Below the pieces are notes generated by a model that made no database searches, was not told where the DNA came from, and saw nothing but the letters and a program-made list of their open reading frames with translations. The position numbers and the translations under genes are program-made. Below are positions 56,940-64,000 of a stretch of 64,000 nt of DNA, one piece after another; the first letter of the stretch is position 1; each line of letters begins with the position of its first letter. Origin of the DNA: Octopus vulgaris (Eukaryota). Location: contig OX597814.1 in assembly GCA_951406725.2 (NCBI GenBank), positions 113,646,001 through 113,710,000 of the forward strand, given 5' to 3'.

Positions 56940-57185
56940 ACAGGCTTCTTTCAGTTTCCGTCTAACAAGGCTTCGGTCAGCCCGAGGCTAGAGTAGAAGA
57001 CACTTGCCCAAGATGATACGCAGTGAGACTGAACCCGGAACCATCTGGTTGGTAAGGAAGCTACTTACCTCACAGCCACTATATTGAATTAGCAATTCCG
57101 AATCGCTTGTTTCATTAAGCTTGGAATATTTGCCCTTTGCCCTTCTCCTCAGTAACAGAGATAGATAAATAGATAGATAGATAGG

Positions 57186-57305
<120 letters not shown>

Positions 57306-58086
57306 GGAGAAATATACACCTGAGAGAAATACAAAATCAGATAGGGAGGAACAAATTTGTACCAAGTGTTAATCCAAAACAATCGTGCAATTTCTTCTAG
57401 GTTGGTAAGGTGACTACGTCAAGAGTATCTGAACATTCTTGATAGCGCCAATTGCAGCCCAGTACTCTTGGCCAAAATACAACTGGCAGAAGATGCCAGA
57501 AATCATTCTCCTCTTCAGTCAGTAACCCATGAAAAGAATGTCTCGCAATGAAAGCTGCGCTTAGAATATAACACGGCAGACGAATCTCGTCTGCTACGAT
57601 ATATATATGGGTGCTGTTATGCACCAAGCGTCTATATGAGATGTCTCAAGACTAATGATGTAGTATTCGGTGTTCTAACAAGATATCACTGTTAAGTTGG
57701 ATATAAAAATCCCCTTTTGGTACAAAGAATGCTTCCGTCCCTAACAGTTAATTTATAATATTACATAATATAGGCGCAGGCGTGGCTGTGTGGTAAGAAG
57801 CTTGCTTCCCAACCACATGGTTCCGGGTTCAGTTCCACTGCGTGACACCTTGGGCAAGTATATTCTTCTATAGCCACGCGCCGACTAAGGCCTTGTGAGT
57901 GGATTTGGTAAACGGAACCTGAAAGAAGCCTGTCATATATATATGACCGAATACTACGTCATTAGCCTTGAGATATCTTATATAGGAGCTCGGTGCATAA
58001 AAGCACACACATATATCGTAGCAGACGAGATTCTATGTATATGTATATATATATATATATATATATGCATATACATACATACACAG

Positions 58087-58159
<73 letters not shown>

Positions 58160-58680
58160 CGTGTGTCTGTGTTTGTCCCTTCACAATTGCTTGACAACCA
58201 AGCGGCTCGGCAAAAGGAACCGATAGAATAATTACCACGCTTACAAAGAATAAGTCGAGGGTCGATTTCTTCGGCTAAAAGGCGGTGCACCAGCATGGCC
58301 GTAGTCAAAATGACTGAAACACGTACAAAAAAAAAAATAAAAGATCAAAAGAATGTAAATTTACGAAGAAGATATACAAAAAATGAAAAATTTCCTTTTT
58401 TTTCTCCGTACATTGAAAATAATGACGAACAGCTTTATCGATTTTTGATCTTTATTTTCATCACCAATTTCAGAGAAATATGCGGCCAATTTGTTAAAAG
58501 ACACAAAACCCAGCGGCTTCCAGAGAATTGGAGGTACGAATCTACATACCGTAAGTGTTCAACACTGTGTCTATGCACGAAATTCTCGTCATTTGAGTCA
58601 CTCTGTAACTTTTGCCGATTAAAACGTATATATACTCGCGTTTTGAGTTGTGTTTTCCTGTTTGCATCGCCAAACACATT

Positions 58681-58809
<129 letters not shown>

Positions 58810-60199
58810 GCTGATATATATATATTTTTGATTTGATTTTGATTATTCCAGTTTCAGCTTATGAGCTGTGGCCATGCTGGGGCACCGCCATATATATATA
58901 CATATATATATAGGGAGAGTTTACGAAAAAAACTAAAGACGAAGACAGGTGGTGTACAAAACAAACAGATGTATTAGTATAACGCTCAGGAATAGAAAAA
59001 GTCTTTTACGTTTCGAGCCTACGCTCTTCTACAGAAAGGGACACAGAAAAAAATGTGTGTAGTGGCTAACGATCTATCAATATATATATATATCAAATGA
59101 ATGTCTTATAAAAATATTCCTCACATACAATAACAGCCATGCCAACAATCCAACACACCTCCATCATCAGCTGCCCCACGGATATCACTATAGTTTCGAC
59201 ACCTGGGCAGTACCATTCAATCCGGCGGTGTCAACAGCACTAAAATAAGTGTTGTTTGGGAGGAGACATACCTTAGATATATCACCACAATCAATCAATC
59301 TTAATTCTAGGAAGGATTAAACACTAGCATTAATAAATAAATTACAACAAAGAAACCACATTTACCCTATGTACAAAAATGGTATCGGTAAATTAATAAT
59401 TCTATAAGTAAACCTATAACTAACTCCTAAATTATTAGGTTGTTCCGAAAATAATGGCCGATTTCAGAAACAATTTTATTCTGGAAAAATTGACAATAGA
59501 AATGTTTTGATTAGTCTAAGTATGAACTGTGAACATCTATGCATATCTGCCATCAATCAACGAGATTATTTGCTCCCGCAAACCAAACTAAAATTTGGGA
59601 TTTTGCGGAGGGTCACAGTTGGTAACAAAAACAGGACAATGAAACAAATAGTGGGGACACGTGTTCATCTTTCTTTTTTTCCAGTCTGTTGCACAGACCA
59701 GACGTATTCTTGTCTGTCTTCTCTCCTATCTTTTCTCCTGTCATAGAATGTTCCTCAGCGTTCGCCACCTTGCATCGTCTGGTGGCCCGAACTATACTAG
59801 AAGACACTTGCCCAAGGTGTCACGCAATGGGACCGAAGCCAGAACCATGTGGTTGTTAAGTATGCTACTTACCACACAGCCAAAAATGTTTCCTGGTTGG
59901 TTCTCTAACACATGCTATGATAATAAATTATAAATTGGTGGAGAAGAGACTCTGTATGTCATGCGCAATAAAAAAGATGTCACTGTTTGCACCTAATGAC
60001 CCGCGAATAAGAAGAAGAAAGAAAGAAAGAAAGAAAGAAAGGAAGGAAGATGATGAAGCAGCATCCAAGACTATACAAAATTTCCAGAAGGGCTGGGGTA
60101 GTTGTCGTAGTCTTTAGTGTAGGGGAAGGAGGAAGTGGAGGAGGAGAAAAAGGGGCAGTTATGATATATGAGACTACACTAGTGTGAACCCCACTTGTT

Positions 60200-60339
60200 A
60201 TCATTCACACATGGACACACACACACACGCAGACACACTCATACACACAAGCACACACATACAAACACATAAACACACGCATGCACTGAATCTAAGTGAA
60301 TTATAGTGACAGACGTCATCACAGCGAGAATACGCGCGT

Positions 60340-60378
<39 letters not shown>

Positions 60379-60780
60379 AACAGACACTCGCACACATATA
60401 TACTCACGTACTTACGCACACACATATACACACATATACACTTGGAATCATTGCTGGAAAATATATACACAGTTATACGCACATGCACGCACACACACAC
60501 ACAAGCGCATACAGTCACACGCACATACGGACACTCACACATACACACACATACACATACACACACGTATACATATATATGCACACATACACACACATAC
60601 GTACACATACTGAAATACGCACATACACACACGCACAAACACACATACACACACGCACATACACACACGTACACACATATACACACACATACACACACAT
60701 GCGCATACATACACACTCATACATACACATACGCACACATACACAAACACATACACACACATACTCACACATACGCACAA

Positions 60781-60822
<42 letters not shown>

Positions 60823-61190
60823 ATATACACACATACATACATACACTCACACATACTCACACACACATACACGCACATACACACATGCACACACATACGC
60901 ACACATGCGCACACATACACACTCATACATACACATTCGCACACATACACAAACACATACACACACATACTCACACATACGCACAAACACACACATACGC
61001 ACACATACACACACACACACAAGCACATACACACACCTACACATATACACACATACATACTCACATACACACACTCACACTCACGCATTGACACTGGCAA
61101 AAGCTTACACAAACACAAACACAAACAGAACCACATACACACACACACACAATCTCACACACACACAATCTCACACACGTACACACACAA
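60200..61190 (+). repeat. ~1-kb degenerate (CA)n/(CATA)n satellite
   Basis: Read directly; it accounts for all the HT/VC-rich ORFs here. Similar TA/CA tracts occur at 9660-10240, 16660-16836, 21424-21950, 28345-28610 and 41050-41470. Confidence 0.95.
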
Positions 61191-61791
61191 CCCTCACTGG
61201 AGCCAGTTCACTGTACATTTTTAAGAGAAACCAATATAAAATGTCTGTCTTATGCAACCTTAGTGTTTATAATAAATCTCTCTTCCCTCTCTCTATCTCA
61301 TGCTCTCTCCTCTCATACTCTCTTCCAACTCCTCTCTTTCATATAAACACGCTACGCCCTCCCTCCCCTTCTTTTTGACCGATCTTTTTGCCTTCTTTAT
61401 TTATATTCCCGATCCTTTCGTTTAATTCATACTTTTTTCCCCTCAAGCTTTTTCCCCTGTTATAACCCCTCATTAATTCTTAATTAGTTAATTAGTAAAT
61501 TATTTAATTAGTTATTGAGTAGTCTCGGCGGAAAAACATTTCATTCAGACTAATTAAGATGTGTTACCTGAAGTGCACGCGTATCGATTTTCCATGTATA
61601 CACACACACACATACAGACACAGGCACATACATTCACACGAGGAAAACAGGAGCGATGAAGGTCAAACCTCGATAAAATGCTTCCGAGTTCAGTTCTGCT
61701 GCGTGACATCTAGGGCAAGTGTCTTGTGAATGGATTTTGAAGACGGAAACTGAAAGAAGCCCGTCGTGTATATATACATATATATATACAC

Positions 61792-61839
<48 letters not shown>

Positions 61840-62160
61840 CACACACATATATATATACACTATATATGAAAAAAATTTTTCTCAGAATGAGATAAAAAAA
61901 ACCCAAGTCTGTGAAGATTTTGAAACATTTATAAATAGGTCTTACAGCTGTTTCCAGGATATTTCTTATATCCATTCATCGGAGACGGTGTGAGAAAATG
62001 GTTAAGCAATAGTTAATCTAGATCAGATACGAAATAGAGAGTGAAGTAGCGGAATGAAAATAGATGTGAGATATGCAGGGATATTGCATTTGTAGAGCCA
62101 TTATTTAGGTAGAATGGTATACATATAAGATTCTAATACCTTGTGAGTAAATTCCAACGA

Positions 62161-62279
62161 TATTTAAAAATTGGTCATTCTAAGTATAGAGTTTGTACAC
62201 AGTGCAATAAAATAAATAAAACTCTTGATTCAATAGCACTGTGTACAAACTCAATACTTGGAATGACCAATTTTAAATA
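62161..62279. repeat. Short foldback element (~45-bp arms)
   Basis: TATTTAAAAATTGGTCATTCTAAGTATAGAGTTTGTACACAGTGC / GCACTGTGTACAAACTCAATACTTGGAATGACCAATTTTAAATA. Confidence 0.85.
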
Positions 62280-62422
62280 CTACGCATCCTCTTCCGAGTA
62301 AGTTTTATCTCTCTCTCTCTCTGTCTCTCTCTCTGATATATATATATATCTATATATATACATATATATATCTATATATGTATATATATATGTATATATA
62401 TATATATGTGTAGGTATATATG

Positions 62423-62462
<40 letters not shown>

Positions 62463-62542
62463 CATACACGTTTACACACATACACACACGTTTATATATT
62501 CGTTTTGCAAGATTCTTGATGTGAATTCGTGTGTTGAAACAG

Positions 62543-62623
62543 ATATTGTTGTATTTGGGGATGGTCATGGTGTGTTTTCATTGGCTAAACTGGCAACATG
62601 ACCATCCCCAAATACAACAATAT
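62543..62623. repeat. Hairpin with 27-bp perfect arms
   Basis: ATATTGTTGTATTTGGGGATGGTCATG ... CATGACCATCCCCAAATACAACAATAT. Confidence 0.9.
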
Positions 62624-62785
62624 ATCTATACATATAAATTTGACATGGGCGATTCTTTCTTGTCTTGGGATCCACGGTCAAACGACTGGGTGGAATTGCG
62701 CAAAAAATTACACAGATGTGTAGAATGATCCGGTGGTGATGCTGAGCTTTGTATTTTTTCATAGCTCCCATGATTAGTGAGATAA

Positions 62786-63461
<676 letters not shown>

Positions 63462-64000
63462 CTAAAGTGTAACACCGTAACCACTTCAGTGCTCACCTCT
63501 CCACCTTTACTGTGATCACCACGAAAATCTACAAGCGTGCAGGAACAGACTGGACAATAGGAAAAGTCTATGGTAAGCCATTGTATATGGGAGTGTGCAG
63601 TTTGGGCCTCGGTTTTGTGTAAGTAATGGTTTATAACTGGGCAGAAGGATTTCTGGGTTGTACCTCGATGTTCGGTTGACTTCGTGGTGGGTTAAGGACT
63701 GGTCGGTTTGAGGACAGCTGGAGTTACGAAACAACAAAAGAATCAAGTGTCATACTACGATGATTACCACCACCACCACCACCACCATCACGAGCAACAA
63801 CAATACCAGCAACAAAAACAACTGAAATCGCAGCAATAGCAACAGTTTTATTATTTTATTTATGCGCCCTTTTCAAGCCTAACCAGGCTCATGGGCTCGG
63901 TTTCCCGGTTTCTGTGGCTTATGTGTTCCTCCCAGTTGGACGGGACGCCAGTTCATAGCAGCGTTACTCAAGAAACAGGAAGAGAGAGTGAGAGAAAGTT

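Noticed and set aside
59746-59790. Polypyrimidine-AG followed by RMFLSVR, resembling the T-box RMFP exon start
   Set aside because: No further T-box similarity; it runs into SINE sequence and lies downstream of the gene's stop.
60201-61378. Long His/Thr- or Val/Cys-rich ORFs (also 9509-10654, 14573-14940, 21261-21993, 41055-41528)
   Set aside because: Translations of stop-poor CA/TA microsatellites.

Overview
Eukaryotic, AT-rich, microsatellite- and SINE-saturated animal genomic DNA. The repeat content resembles a coleoid cephalopod such as Octopus; this is an inference from family resemblance, not a search. The only host gene I can support is the 3' half of a T-box transcription factor of the Tbx1/org-1 subfamily on the + strand. 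It has four GT-AG exons in compatible phases (27124-27282, 29542-29609, 31173-31270, 33345-33661); I could not find its 5' exons in the window. The rest is mobile DNA: several tRNA-derived SINE families, decayed mariner transposase and MITEs, Tigger-like MITEs, two Helitron-like elements, CR1, RTE, RLE (R4/Dong-like) and L1/Tx1 LINE fragments, and Penelope-type fragments with small hammerhead ribozyme motifs. Four signals stand out. (1) An apparently complete ORF1-only (no ORF2) Tx1/L1-like retroelement is inserted with a TSD into a SINE head, and a second short copy of the same 3' tail sits at the identical SINE position. (2) A SINE with a related tail repeatedly inserts into the head of its own family. 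(3) About six hammerhead-like motifs are present, one attached to a tRNA-derived head. (4) A long foldback element with a 9-bp TSD encloses telomere-like (CCCTAA)n and is nested in a mariner MITE. Nearly all listed ORFs are microsatellite or SINE artefacts.
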